NCBI GenBank assembly: GCA_964572985.1
Contig: CAZNIC010000007.1
Span: 3,009-67,008 of the forward strand
DNA length: 64,000 nucleotides
Source: an uncultured Oscillospiraceae bacterium
GTDB lineage: Bacteria; Bacillota; Clostridia; UMGS1883
Direction: 5' to 3'
Positions within the stretch are counted from its first letter, which is position 1; each line of letters starts with the position of its first letter. This document shows, one piece after another, positions 18,626-28,861 of this stretch. The position numbers and the translations under genes are program-made. The notes under the pieces are model-generated. The model saw nothing but the letters and a program-made list of their open reading frames with translations, was not told the origin of the DNA and did not search any database.

Positions 18626-18766
18626 TTTATTTCCTCTTTTCTATTTTTGTGACATTTTTAGTATACTTGATAAAAAATTTTAATGCAAGAGTTCATTTTT
18701 TTGTTGACTTTTTACATTTTTAGAGTTAAAATGGTTCTAATCTATAAATATTTTCGGAGGTCTTTG

Positions 18767-19387
18767 ATGTCTATTCAAGGGTCATTTGACAACATGACAG
18801 ACGAAGAAATTGTCATTATCGCACAAAGCGGCAACGAAGATGCGTTGGATTTTATACTTCATAAATTCCGCCCCCACGTTGCACGCAAGGCTAATTCGTA
18901 TTTCCTTGCAGGTGCGGACAAGGACGATATCATCCAAGAAGGCATGATTGGTCTTTTTAAGGCTGTCAGAGACTACAAGACCGATAAAGATGCAGCTTTT
19001 CGCTCTTTTGCAGAGCTTTGCATCACAAGGCAGATTATCAGTGCAGTAAAAAGTGCTTCAAGACTTAAGCACTCCCCGCTCAACTCGTATATCTCCTTGG
19101 ACAAGCCGATTCAGGATGACAATTACGACTCTACTCTTCTTGATATTATTGCCGCAGGCGGATCCGGCAATCCTGAGGATATTATCATCGGCAAAGAAAG
19201 CATGGAGCAGGTTGAAATCAAAATGGAAGAGGTTCTCTCCAGGTTTGAGTGTGAGGTATTGTCTTTATATCTCACGGGCAAGAGCTACAGCGAGATTTCA
19301 TCCATTTTGAAAAAAGACGCCAAATCCATTGATAATGCACTCCAGCGCATCAAGAAAAAGTTTGAAAAGTTTTCAGACGCATTCTGA
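18767..19387 (+). CDS. sigH: RNA polymerase sporulation sigma factor SigH
   Basis: Close match to the B. subtilis SigH pattern (SYFLxGADxxDIxQEGMIGLxKxxRDxKxDK, FAELCITRQIIxAxK, KSIDNALQRxKxK). ATG 18767, with GGAGG 6 nt upstream, is preferred over the longer ORF-track start. Confidence 0.88.
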   Translation: MSIQGSFDNMTDEEIVIIAQSGNEDALDFILHKFRPHVARKANSYFLAGADKDDIIQEGMIGLFKAVRDYKTDKDAAFRSFAELCITRQIISAVKSASRLKHSPLNSYISLDKPIQDDNYDSTLLDIIAAGGSGNPEDIIIGKESMEQVEIKMEEVLSRFECEVLSLYLTGKSYSEISSILKKDAKSIDNALQRIKKKFEKFSDAF

Positions 19388-19477
19388 TACTCATTATTTT
19401 ACCATATACCTTCTGTCGGCGCAAGAACCGATTGAAGGTGAATATATTTTATTTTTATCTAAGCGAGGAGATCAAAC

Positions 19478-19747
19478 ATGTACGAAGACAAGACATTAGT
19501 CTGCAAAGATTGTGGTAACGAATTCGTTTTCACAGCAGGCGAACAGGAATTCTATGCAGAAAAGGGCTTCCAGAACGAACCCCAGAGATGCAAGGAATGC
19601 AGAATTGCAAAGAAGCAGTCTCTTAAGGAAAACAGAGAGATGTACACAGCTGTATGCGCATCTTGCGGCGGCGAAGCTAAGGTTCCTTTCGTTCCTAAGA
19701 ACGACAGACCCATTTACTGCAGTGAATGCTTTGCAAAGAATAAGTAA
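19478..19747 (+). CDS. Double zinc-ribbon protein (two CxxC...CxxC modules)
   Basis: 89 aa: CKDCGNEFVFTAGEQEFYAEKGFQNEPQRCKEC, then CASCGGEAKVPFVPKNDRPIYCSEC. A GAGGAG RBS is present. Confidence 0.7.
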   Translation: MYEDKTLVCKDCGNEFVFTAGEQEFYAEKGFQNEPQRCKECRIAKKQSLKENREMYTAVCASCGGEAKVPFVPKNDRPIYCSECFAKNK

Positions 19748-19781
19748 TCTCCTTTTCTTAGAGGTCAGGTTATGAAAACAA

Positions 19782-19819
19782 GAGAGTCGGTGCTTTTGCA
19801 CCGGCTCTTTCTGTTTTTT
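19782..19819 (+). terminator. Rho-independent terminator
   Basis: GAGTCGGTGC-TTTT-GCACCGGCTC followed by TTTCTGTTTTTT. Confidence 0.7.
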
Positions 19820-19894
19820 ATATTAAAATTTATCCTAAACAAATTTTTGTTGCATATAATATTTACACAAAACTATAAGGAAGTGTAAATTATT

Positions 19895-21721
19895 ATGTGC
19901 GGCATTGCAGGAATTGTCGACTATAAAAACCCGATAGATAAAAACTCTCCCGTTTATACAAATATGCTCAATACAATGACCAACCGCGGTCCCGATGACC
20001 AAGGCATGTATTTTTCGCCTTTCTCGGTTCTTATGCACAAACGGCTTTCGGTTATTGACCCGTATCTTTCTCGGCAACCCATGACAAAAACCATTGACGG
20101 CGAAACCTACACCATAGTCTATAACGGTGAACTATACAATACCGCCGAAATAAAATCCGACCTTATAAAGCATGGCTGTGTTTTTTCCACCAACGGAGAT
20201 ACCGAGGTAATCCTTTTTGCCTATATATATTACCACGAAGCCTGCCTTGATATGTTCAACGGCATTTTTTCGTTTGCCATATGGCAGCAAAATACCTCGT
20301 CACTGTTTTTCGCCCGCGATATGATGGGAGTAAAACCGTTTTTTTATTCGGTTTCTCCCTCGTTTTTTGCATTTGCCTCAACTGTGCCCACACTTTTGTC
20401 ATATCCTGATATAAAGCCTAAAATTGACGCTACTTCGATTTGCGAAATCATGCTCCTTGGTCCCGGCAGAACCCCCTCCAACGCAATTTTTACCCAAATA
20501 AAAGAGCTCCCGCGAGGATACTATGGTCACTTTGACAGTAGCGGTTTACGCCTCAACAAATATTTTTCTTTTAAGGACTTACCCCATACGGACGATTTTC
20601 CTCAAACCGTCAGTCGTATCAAGCACCTTGTAACCGACGCCATAACCGCCCAGCTCGTATCGGATGTACCACTCGGCACGTTTTTATCGGGCGGGCTTGA
20701 TTCGTCCATCATATCTGCCGTGGCAGCGGAAAAGATGAGGGAAAAGGGCAAAACCCTCGACACATTCTCGCTTACCTACAAAGACAACAAAAAGCACTTC
20801 AAAGCATCTCATTTTCAGCCCAACAGCGACGAAAACTATATCGATATAATGGTAAACCACATACAAACCAACCACCATGAAATTGTACTTGATACTCCCG
20901 ATATAGTATCGGCACTTTATCCTGTTATTGATGAAAAGGGGCTGCCGTCCATGGCAGATGTAGATTCCTCGCTCTTGTGCTTTTGCAAGGAGATAAAAAA
21001 GCACGTTACCGTTGCACTCTCAGGCGAATGTGCTGACGAACTCTTTGGTGGGTATCCTTGGTATCGTGACAAAAACATTCGTATGCAGCAAGGTTTCCCC
21101 TGGTCGCAGAACACCGCTTACCGTCTTGATTTTATAAACCCTTCACTTAGAGAAAAACTATCTCCCGACTATGTGACAGACAAATATAACCTTGCTATTT
21201 CCGAGGCAGAGTATTCCTCCGAATTATCCCCCACAGAAAAGCGTATGCGTGAAATGTTTATACTCAACACCGACTACTTCATGCAAACACTTCTTATGCG
21301 AAAGGACAGCTGCAGTATGCATGCATCTCTTGAGGTGCGTGTTCCCTTCTGCGACAAGAGGATTGCAAGTTACCTTTACAGCACACCGTGGGAATACAAA
21401 GATTACGAAGGTCGTGAAAAGGGTCTTTTGCGTCATGCTTTTGAGGATATGCTTCCAAAAGACATTGTATGGCGCAAAAAAAGCCCCTATCCTAAAACCC
21501 ACAACCCGGCATATCTTTCCGCCCTCCGCGAAATTTTTGCATCAATTTTATCCGACAAAGACAATCCCCTGTGGGACATTGTGAATATAAAAGCTGCCCA
21601 CACCCTTATGGAGGGTGAAACTGCCACCCCATGGTATGGTCAGCTGATGACAACTCCTCAGACAATAGCATATTTTATTCAGCTTGAATATTGGATACGA
21701 AAATTCAGCGTAACCTTTTAA
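19895..21721 (+). CDS. asnB: Asparagine synthase (glutamine-hydrolysing)
   Basis: N-terminal nucleophile MCGIAGI and the SGGLDSS PP-loop motif. Length is 608 aa. Confidence 0.9.
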   Translation: MCGIAGIVDYKNPIDKNSPVYTNMLNTMTNRGPDDQGMYFSPFSVLMHKRLSVIDPYLSRQPMTKTIDGETYTIVYNGELYNTAEIKSDLIKHGCVFSTNGDTEVILFAYIYYHEACLDMFNGIFSFAIWQQNTSSLFFARDMMGVKPFFYSVSPSFFAFASTVPTLLSYPDIKPKIDATSICEIMLLGPGRTPSNAIFTQIKELPRGYYGHFDSSGLRLNKYFSFKDLPHTDDFPQTVSRIKHLVTDAITAQLVSDVPLGTFLSGGLDSSIISAVAAEKMREKGKTLDTFSLTYKDNKKHFKASHFQPNSDENYIDIMVNHIQTNHHEIVLDTPDIVSALYPVIDEKGLPSMADVDSSLLCFCKEIKKHVTVALSGECADELFGGYPWYRDKNIRMQQGFPWSQNTAYRLDFINPSLREKLSPDYVTDKYNLAISEAEYSSELSPTEKRMREMFILNTDYFMQTLLMRKDSCSMHASLEVRVPFCDKRIASYLYSTPWEYKDYEGREKGLLRHAFEDMLPKDIVWRKKSPYPKTHNPAYLSALREIFASILSDKDNPLWDIVNIKAAHTLMEGETATPWYGQLMTTPQTIAYFIQLEYWIRKFSVTF

Positions 21722-21732
21722 GGAGGTTTTCC

Positions 21733-22431
21733 GTGAAAAAAGCCCTGATACTCCTTTTTGTATTTATTTTAATTTTTTCAGTTGCGGCAAGTGCAACCCA
21801 AAAGGATGAAAAAGTGGTGTATATAACATTTGATGACGGGCCAACCCACAACACACCCGCCATACTGGATACATTGAAAAAATACAATGCAAAAGCCACG
21901 TTTTTTGTGCTCGAAAGCCGTATTAGCGAATACCCCGATTTTATAAAACGTATACATTCCGAGGGGCACTCCATAGGACTTCACGGCAAAAGCCATGACG
22001 TAAACGTCATTTACTCATCCGCCTCAGAACCCCTTAATGAAATGAACAGTACCAACGACTGTTTGTACAACGTCGTCGGGTTTCGCACACAGCTTGCACG
22101 CACCCCCTACGGAAGCTATCCTTACATGACATACGACCAATACAAAGTATTGTGCAGCGCAAACTATAAAATCTGGGACTGGACAGTTGACCCACGTGAC
22201 GGGGTAGGCACACCGGATATATCAACAATTTTCAAAAACATAAAAAACGACCTTAAGGGCAACAATAATCCGATAGTTCTCCTACATGACCGAAAATCCA
22301 CCGCAAAAAACCTTGACAGTATCTTAAACTTTTTTGCATCACAGGGCTACAGGTTTGAAACAATCGACGAGAGCATGGACCCTGTCAACTTTATGGAATT
22401 ATACGGCCCGGCGAAGAATAAAAGCAGTTGA
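21733..22431 (+). CDS. Polysaccharide deacetylase (NodB homology domain), secreted
   Basis: VYITFDDGP, SIGLHGKSH and LLHD motifs. GTG 21733, with AAGGAGG 7 nt upstream, is preferred, and a signal peptide follows it. Confidence 0.85.
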   Translation: MKKALILLFVFILIFSVAASATQKDEKVVYITFDDGPTHNTPAILDTLKKYNAKATFFVLESRISEYPDFIKRIHSEGHSIGLHGKSHDVNVIYSSASEPLNEMNSTNDCLYNVVGFRTQLARTPYGSYPYMTYDQYKVLCSANYKIWDWTVDPRDGVGTPDISTIFKNIKNDLKGNNNPIVLLHDRKSTAKNLDSILNFFASQGYRFETIDESMDPVNFMELYGPAKNKSS

Positions 22432-22450
22432 CAAACCAACTGCTTTTATT
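22417..22450. terminator. Hairpin terminator containing the deacetylase stop codon
   Basis: AATAAAAGCAGTTG-ACAAAC-CAACTGCTTTTATT. Confidence 0.6.
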
Positions 22451-22626
22451 GTATACAGTCGTGAAAGTCCCTGCAAAACCTTGTATGCCATTTTATCAAA
22501 ATTTCCGTGGTTTCCTACGTAAAAAGTGTCGACTCCGTTTTTTTCAATCAGTCCCTCTATCACCCTAATCAATTCCGTTTCACAGCTTTCGGGCGCATCT
22601 GCATGTCCAAAAAATGTACATTTCAT
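22450..22626 (-). pseudogene. 5' fragment (about 59 codons) of a DUF1273/SLOG-type gene, truncated at the deacetylase terminator
   Basis: MKCTFFGHADAP...GVDTFYVGNHGNFDKMAYKVLQGL looks like the N-terminus of a 150-180-aa SLOG-family protein. After codon 59 the frame simply reads through the opposite-strand terminator hairpin and the 3' end of the deacetylase gene. Confidence 0.5.
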
Positions 22627-22775
22627 ATTTTTAGCTCCTTACCCAAATACGGTTAATCCAATTTTATTGAGCTTTTTCCGAATCATCAACCCGTATTCGG
22701 GTAATTGTTGTGTTTTTTTCTTATATGATTAATTTAACCTTTTTTTGGGTAATTTATTTTTATGAGGAAACGATT

Positions 22776-23027
22776 ATGGAGTATTCACAAATTTTTGTTG
22801 AACGTATAAAAAGCTTATGTAAGCAACGGGGATTTTCAGTTAATAAGCTTGCAACAATGAGCGGTGTCAAGCAATCCACACTCGACAATATCATGCGTGG
22901 TCTTACCAAAAACCCAAGGATTAAAACACTTCACCGCCTCGCAGTTGCCTTTAATATGACTATTGCAGAATTACTGGATTTTGAAGAGCTCAATAATTAT
23001 TCTTTTGAAGATGATGAAGATGAATAA
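22776..23027 (+). CDS. XRE-family helix-turn-helix protein with an acidic tail
   Basis: HTH segment SVNKLATMSGVKQSTLDNIMRG. ATG 22776 has a GAGGAAA RBS. It is divergent from the SLOG fragment. Confidence 0.8.
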   Translation: MEYSQIFVERIKSLCKQRGFSVNKLATMSGVKQSTLDNIMRGLTKNPRIKTLHRLAVAFNMTIAELLDFEELNNYSFEDDEDE

Positions 23028-23072
23028 ACACTAAAAAAGTCACGGACAATTGTCCGTGACTTTTTTAGTGTT
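23025..23072. terminator. Perfect 48-bp palindrome, bidirectional terminator
   Basis: AAACACTAAAAAAGTCACGGACAA|TTGTCCGTGACTTTTTTAGTGTTT. It includes the XRE stop codon and lies between convergent genes. Confidence 0.8.
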
Positions 23073-23078
23073 TATAAA

Positions 23079-25376
23079 TTACTTAAGCGTTGTTTCCATA
23101 GCTGTGCCTTCGCCGTAGCCAACTACTTCAAAAACGTTAACCCAGTTGTTTTCGCTGTTTTTATAACCGTGGAACTTGACAAAACGAACATCCTGACCGC
23201 AGTCAAGAATATTCCATTCTGCGCTGTTAAGGCTATCGCCTGTGAAAATCTTTTCATAGTTCACGCCATCAACGGAAACATAAAGGTCAAAGCTTGTGCT
23301 TCTTGCTCCGCTAGAACCTCTCCAAATGCAAAGACCAATCTTTTCCATGTACTGCACTGTACCAAAATCAACCACAAGGTCAGCTTCTCTGTCACTGCCC
23401 CAACGTGTTTCTGTATTCATATCAATACTCATGTGAATACCATTGAAGCTTTCGGGTTCAGCTGTTGCTGTAGCTGCTACAGGCTTAATAAGAGCTGCAT
23501 CCTTCAATTCTGCAGGAAGACCCATAACGTCCTTGAATACAGGGTTCTTTTCGGGTCTTATGCCTGTAGTGAGAATATCGGAGAGCATCTTTTCCATTGC
23601 GTCTTCACAGTCCATGAATACATCGTTCTTATAGCCGATAATAATCATCTTATAATCATCATTGTAGTAAACAGTCTTGCCGAGTGCTTCTGCGATAGCA
23701 CGGAGAGGAACGAAAGTACGGTCATTGATAAGTGTGGGTGCTGCGTCAAGCTCCTTGTCTACGCTGACAGCATTTGTAACCTTGTCGCCGTCTCTTTCAA
23801 TTACATCAATATCCTTGTAAACGTAGCTACCAATGTTCATGACGATTATTTTATCGCCCGATGTAATTGTAACAGCTTTTGTTTCGTTGTTCCATTCAAC
23901 AGTTGCACCAAAGCCTTCGGAAATAACTCTTACGGGAACGAGGGTTCTGTCGTTTGCAATAACAGGAGTTACATTTGCGTTATTAGCATCGATAAGGCTT
24001 ACTGCACTTTCCTTATATACATAGGGGGAGTTAATTTTAAGAGCAACCATACCGCTCATTCTTCTCTGCAAATAGGGATAGAAGTAGCCCTGCATACCGC
24101 CAACGTAACGAGCCATTTCACAGCCTGCAAGAAGTGTTGCGCCTACTGCAAAGTCCTGTGTATTGTTGTATGTTGCCGCACTACCTGCTCTTGCACCAAC
24201 GGGCTGAACATAGCCAACTCTGCCGTTCTCATGAAGAGCAACCTTTGTAAGATAGTTCCAGCCTGCAATAGCTGTATCACGATATTCTGCCTCGTCAAGG
24301 ATGCCTGCGTTGATCCCCCAAAGGAAACCATATGTGAAGAACGCTGTACCACTTGTTTCGTAGCCGAGGGGGTTCTCATCGGAGCAGGAATAGTTATGTG
24401 CAAGTACACTCTGTGTCCAGAAGCCATTGCCGTCCTGGTCAAACTTCTGGCATGCCTTAAGTGCCTTTGCCATGCCTACATATGCATCCATAAAATCTTT
24501 TCTGTGTTCCCAGTCATCGGGAGTGTCCTGCAATACCTTTGCAAGTGCTGCAAATACCCAGCCGTTGCCTCTTGCCCAGAAATTCTTTGTTGTTTCTGCA
24601 CCGGGGATAGGATTTTTGGGGTATACATATTCAGCATCACGATAGAAAAGATATGTGTATGTAGCAGGGTCGGAATAGTTTGCACCGTCTTTGAGAGATG
24701 CACTTGTTGTATAGCCGTCAGCACTTGTAGGAATACCACCGGGGCCGTCATACATCAATTCGCGTGCGAACTTATAATATTCGTAAAGCTTGTCAAGATA
24801 CAAGTCATTGCCTGTGATGTTGTGAAGCTTTACCATAGCAGGCATTACCATATACAAACCGTCTGCCCACCACCAGAAGCCGTCTTCTTCTTTACTCATC
24901 TGGTATTCCATAACTTCTCTTGCTCTTGCAATCTTACCGGGGTCCTTTACTTCGTCAAAAACGTAAAGGTCAGCATATGTGTGGAAGCAGGTCTGCCAGT
25001 CTCCGAAAAGTGCGCCCGTACCATTCTGGTCACCTGTGTATCCCCATGTCCAGCGGTTTTTATCGCCTGTGTTGTAGTTACCCATCCAACGGTTTGCAGA
25101 TGCCCACTTTATGGAGTAATCGCGGTATTCTTCAATACCTGTAAGAGCATAAGCTTCCATGTTACCTGTGTTGTAAGCGCCTCTTTCCCAGAAAGAAGAA
25201 CCAACACCGTTCTTATGTTCGCTGATCCAATAATCGTTAACCTTTTCGATTGTAGCGATTACATCAGCATACTCGGGAGCAGTGTATACAACCTCTGCCG
25301 CCTGAGCCATTTGAGGTACCATAATCATAGTTGATAAAACTGCAATTGTAAGTACCATAGCGAGAAATCTTTTCAT
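23079..25376 (-). CDS. Secreted GH105/GH88-type unsaturated glycuronyl hydrolase fused to 2 copper-amine-oxidase-N-like repeats and a C-terminal F5/8 type C (discoidin) domain
   Basis: It has a signal peptide. The N-terminal alpha/alpha-toroid region contains WERGAYNTGNMEAY and WARGNGWVFAALA. Wall-binding repeats are present (NDRTLVPVRVISEGFGATVEWNN, NDRTFVPLRAIAEALGKTV). The C-terminal domain is a jelly-roll fold. Confidence 0.78.
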   Translation of the reverse strand: MKRFLAMVLTIAVLSTMIMVPQMAQAAEVVYTAPEYADVIATIEKVNDYWISEHKNGVGSSFWERGAYNTGNMEAYALTGIEEYRDYSIKWASANRWMGNYNTGDKNRWTWGYTGDQNGTGALFGDWQTCFHTYADLYVFDEVKDPGKIARAREVMEYQMSKEEDGFWWWADGLYMVMPAMVKLHNITGNDLYLDKLYEYYKFARELMYDGPGGIPTSADGYTTSASLKDGANYSDPATYTYLFYRDAEYVYPKNPIPGAETTKNFWARGNGWVFAALAKVLQDTPDDWEHRKDFMDAYVGMAKALKACQKFDQDGNGFWTQSVLAHNYSCSDENPLGYETSGTAFFTYGFLWGINAGILDEAEYRDTAIAGWNYLTKVALHENGRVGYVQPVGARAGSAATYNNTQDFAVGATLLAGCEMARYVGGMQGYFYPYLQRRMSGMVALKINSPYVYKESAVSLIDANNANVTPVIANDRTLVPVRVISEGFGATVEWNNETKAVTITSGDKIIVMNIGSYVYKDIDVIERDGDKVTNAVSVDKELDAAPTLINDRTFVPLRAIAEALGKTVYYNDDYKMIIIGYKNDVFMDCEDAMEKMLSDILTTGIRPEKNPVFKDVMGLPAELKDAALIKPVAATATAEPESFNGIHMSIDMNTETRWGSDREADLVVDFGTVQYMEKIGLCIWRGSSGARSTSFDLYVSVDGVNYEKIFTGDSLNSAEWNILDCGQDVRFVKFHGYKNSENNWVNVFEVVGYGEGTAMETTLK

Positions 25377-25415
25377 TTTCTCTACACTCCTTTTATTTTT
25401 TTAATATAACGAGTA

Positions 25416-26453
25416 TTAAACAAGGTCTGCCAAGTCTAATACCAAACGTTCTGTCTTTTCCCAGCCGAGACAGGGGTCGGTAATACTCTTACCGTATACG
25501 CCTTCCTCAACCTTCTGTGTGCCGTCTTCAATATAGCTTTCAATCATAAGACCCTTGACAAAAGTCTTCATGTCGGCATTTGCGTTACGGCTGTTCATGA
25601 TTTCCTTTGCAATTCTTATCTGTTCAAGATACTTTTTGCCGGAATTTGAATGGTTTGTATCAATAATAACACCCATGTTTTCAAGGTTTTTCTTTTCATA
25701 CATTTCACGCAGAAGCGCAAGGTCTTCGTAGTGGTAGTTGGGAAGCGCATTGCCGTGCTTGTTTACGTAACCGCGCAGGATTGCGTGTGCATAGGGGTTG
25801 CCTGTTGTTTCAACCTCCCAACCGCGATAGAGGAACATGTGGCTCTTCTGTGCCGCAACAATACTGTTGAGCATTACGGAATAGTCGCCGCCTGTGGGGT
25901 TTTTCATGCCAACGGGCAATTCAATACCGCTGGATACAAGTCTGTGCTGCTGGTTTTCAACACTTCTTGCACCGATTGCCACATAACCGAGCACGTCGGA
26001 AAGATAACGGTAGTTTTCGGGATAGAGCATTTCGTCTGCACAGGTAAAGCCTGTTTCTTCAATTGCACGTGTATGTAATCTGCGGATTGAGATAAGACCT
26101 TCGTATAAGTCGGGCTTCTTTGTGGGGTCGGGCTGAGATGCCATACCCTTGTAGCCTTCGCCTGTTGTGCGGGGCTTGTTTGTGTAAATGCGAGGGATTA
26201 TAAGGATTTTGTCCTTTACCTTTTCCTGCAAATCCTTCAATCTGTAGATATAGTCCATAACAGCGTCTTCTCTGTCAGCGCTGCAAGGTCCGATAATAAG
26301 TGCAAACTTGTCACTTTTTCCGGAAAATACGTCCTTAATCTCGTTGTTTCTCTTTTCAATCACCTCATGAAGATGTTCGCTCACGGGGAACTTTTCCTTC
26401 ATATCCATAGGGATAGGTAATTTTCTGATAAAATTCATGCTCATTTTCGTCAT
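25416..26453 (-). CDS. 3-deoxy-7-phosphoheptulonate (DAHP) synthase, class I
   Basis: IIGPCS, KPRTT and DTNHSNS motifs. Length is 345 aa. Confidence 0.88.
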   Translation of the reverse strand: MTKMSMNFIRKLPIPMDMKEKFPVSEHLHEVIEKRNNEIKDVFSGKSDKFALIIGPCSADREDAVMDYIYRLKDLQEKVKDKILIIPRIYTNKPRTTGEGYKGMASQPDPTKKPDLYEGLISIRRLHTRAIEETGFTCADEMLYPENYRYLSDVLGYVAIGARSVENQQHRLVSSGIELPVGMKNPTGGDYSVMLNSIVAAQKSHMFLYRGWEVETTGNPYAHAILRGYVNKHGNALPNYHYEDLALLREMYEKKNLENMGVIIDTNHSNSGKKYLEQIRIAKEIMNSRNANADMKTFVKGLMIESYIEDGTQKVEEGVYGKSITDPCLGWEKTERLVLDLADLV

Positions 26454-26475
26454 TTCCTTTCAGTGTAAATTTATA

Positions 26476-28836
26476 CTATTTCAACTCTACTACCGTAACG
26501 CCCATATCACCCTCGCCAAAAGCACCCATACGGAAGCTTTTTGCATGGTGATGCCTGCGCAAAAATTCCTGCACGGCGCTTCGCAGGGCGCCTGTGCCCT
26601 TGCCGTGTATTATCCTCACGCTGTCAAGACCCGACAGCACCGCATCGTCAAGATACTTGTCAAGCTCGATAAGTCCTTCGTCCACCATATAGCCACGAAG
26701 GTCAAGCTCGCTCTTAACGTGCAATGTTTTTCCTGTGGAAATCTTCAGCCCTGCGCCTTTTTTCTTTTCTTCTTTCTTTGCTTCAACAAGTCTCAACGCC
26801 GAGATATTAACGTTCATTTTCAGTATGCCGACCTGTACGTTAAGGTTGCCGTTTTTATCGGGCAGTGACAATACATTGCCCGTTTGCCCCATGCTCGTAA
26901 CTTCAACTGTTTGTCCCAAAAGCAACTTTTTCGGGTCAATTGGCGGGTTTTTCTTATTGAATACATCCTCACCAAGCTTGTCCTCAACCTCGCCCAAGCC
27001 TTTTTTGAGCTTAGAACGGCTTTCGGAGAGCTTGTTCATATCAGTTGCGCTCTTGCGCATTTCTTTTATTATTTCATCAGCCTCGCGCTTTGCTTGTTCA
27101 TAAATACGCTTTGCATCTTCTCTGGCATCACGGAGGATTTTTTCCTTTTGTTTTTCGATAGATGCTCTTTCCTTTTCGGCTCTCGCCTTTGTTTTTTCGG
27201 TTTCAAGCCTTGCCTCTTCAGCTCTTTCGGCATCTATCTGAGCAACACGCCTTGTTTCCTCCAAGGACGAAATCACATCTTCAAACTTTGTGCTTTCGCC
27301 GTCAACAACATCTCTTGCTCTTGAAATAATGTCATCATCAAGACCCAGCCTTTTAGAAATAGCAAAAGCATTACTTTTTCCGGGCACACCTATCAAAAGT
27401 TTATAGGTAGGTCTTAGTGTTGTAACGTCAAACTCACACGCCGCGTTTTCAACCCTGTCTGTCTCCAGCGCATACATCTTGATTTCGCTGTAGTGCGTTG
27501 TTGCAGCGCATTTTGCGCCCATTTCCTTCACTCTTTCAAGAATAGCAACCGCAAGTGCCGCACCTTCAACAGGGTCAGTACCTGCGCCTAATTCATCAAA
27601 AAGCACCAAGGACGAATAATTCGCTTCTTTCAGTATACGCACAATATTGACCATATGTGCCGAGAAAGTGGACAAGCTCTGTTCAATACTCTGCTCGTCG
27701 CCTATATCTGCAAAAACATTTTCAAAAACAGATATTACAGATCCATTCTGAGCCGGGATAAAAAGCCCTGATTGAGCCATAATCGTTAGTAGTCCCAATG
27801 TTTTTAGCGCAACCGTCTTACCGCCTGTATTAGGTCCCGTTATAACAAGTGTATCAAAATCCTCCCCAAGATAAATATCCGTGGGGACAACCCGTTTTGC
27901 ATCCAAAAGCGGATGGCGACCTTTTCTGATATTTATAACACCGTCTGAATTAACCTCCGGCATAACGCCCCGCATTTTAACTGCAAGTCTGCCTTTTGCA
28001 AAAGCAAAGTCAAAATTTGTGATAATATCACCGTCGCGCTTTAGTCCGGGAGCGTCCTCGGCTATCATGTTCGAAAAATCCGCAAGGATTTTTTCGATTT
28101 CTTCCTTTTCCTGCACGTGGCACTCACGAATACGGTTGTTAATCTCCACAACAGCCATAGGTTCCACAAAAACTGTTGCGCCCGATGAGGACGCATCGTG
28201 CACAATACCCGGCACACTTGCCCTGTTTTCGCTCTTTACGGGCACAACAAACCTATCACCGCGCATTGTCACAATCGCATCCTGCAAAGCCTGTGCGTAT
28301 TTGGGATTTTTTATCATGCTGTTCAAGGTTTCTCTTATCTGTGCCTCGTGGCTTTTAATCTTGCGGCGTATATTCATAAGAGTACTCGACGCATCGTCCG
28401 CTATTTCCTCTTCGGATATAATTGCGGAAATAATCTTTGTTGCAGTACGCTTATCCGTAAAAAGACCGCGTGTTATTTCGCTAAGTTCGTGATAATTTTC
28501 TTCAAAATCTTCTTCATCTATGTAGGAGGCAATTTCCCCCGCTACCCTTAGTACATGAGCGCAGTTCAAAAGCTCACGAGGAGACAAAACTCCCCCTGCC
28601 TCGGCACGCATAACACTGCCCTTTATTTCACCCACGGGCGAAAGCGGAGGATTACCTTTTTTTATAACAAGGCTTTCTGCCTCACCTGTTTCTCTGAGGC
28701 GTCTTTCGACACTGTATTTATCATCCTCCGGCAAAAGGCTTTCGCACAAACCTTTACCCATTGCGGTAACAGCCTCATTTGTAAGCATCTGCTTTATCTT
28801 ATCAAATTCAAGTATATTAAGTGATTTTTTGTCCAT
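26476..28836 (-). CDS. mutS2: Endonuclease MutS2 (Smr domain at the C-terminus)
   Basis: Walker A GPNTGGKT, a DELGAGTDP motif, a long coiled-coil linker and a C-terminal Smr segment LDLRGY...IIHGKGTGALR. Confidence 0.95.
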   Translation of the reverse strand: MDKKSLNILEFDKIKQMLTNEAVTAMGKGLCESLLPEDDKYSVERRLRETGEAESLVIKKGNPPLSPVGEIKGSVMRAEAGGVLSPRELLNCAHVLRVAGEIASYIDEEDFEENYHELSEITRGLFTDKRTATKIISAIISEEEIADDASSTLMNIRRKIKSHEAQIRETLNSMIKNPKYAQALQDAIVTMRGDRFVVPVKSENRASVPGIVHDASSSGATVFVEPMAVVEINNRIRECHVQEKEEIEKILADFSNMIAEDAPGLKRDGDIITNFDFAFAKGRLAVKMRGVMPEVNSDGVINIRKGRHPLLDAKRVVPTDIYLGEDFDTLVITGPNTGGKTVALKTLGLLTIMAQSGLFIPAQNGSVISVFENVFADIGDEQSIEQSLSTFSAHMVNIVRILKEANYSSLVLFDELGAGTDPVEGAALAVAILERVKEMGAKCAATTHYSEIKMYALETDRVENAACEFDVTTLRPTYKLLIGVPGKSNAFAISKRLGLDDDIISRARDVVDGESTKFEDVISSLEETRRVAQIDAERAEEARLETEKTKARAEKERASIEKQKEKILRDAREDAKRIYEQAKREADEIIKEMRKSATDMNKLSESRSKLKKGLGEVEDKLGEDVFNKKNPPIDPKKLLLGQTVEVTSMGQTGNVLSLPDKNGNLNVQVGILKMNVNISALRLVEAKKEEKKKGAGLKISTGKTLHVKSELDLRGYMVDEGLIELDKYLDDAVLSGLDSVRIIHGKGTGALRSAVQEFLRRHHHAKSFRMGAFGEGDMGVTVVELK

Positions 28837-28861
28837 AAACTATTCTACTACCTTACTAAAG

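Noticed and set aside
18683-18766. N-terminal extensions in the ORF track for sigH. The same applies to the SLOG gene (29428-29787), ribU (40520-40582), spoVAD (51359-51424), spoIID (60755-60841), the HTH-S24 repressor (34708-34749) and others.
   Set aside because: The extensions lack RBS support, translate promoter or terminator sequence or antisense coding sequence, and are not matched by known family N-termini. Internal starts with good Shine-Dalgarno spacing were used instead.
23169-25334. A 721-aa ORF on the plus strand that spans almost the whole GH105 gene.
   Set aside because: It is antisense to a gene with clear family motifs. Its translation is Cys/His/Phe-rich low-complexity sequence with no recognisable domain, RBS or promoter. 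It is a typical shadow ORF.
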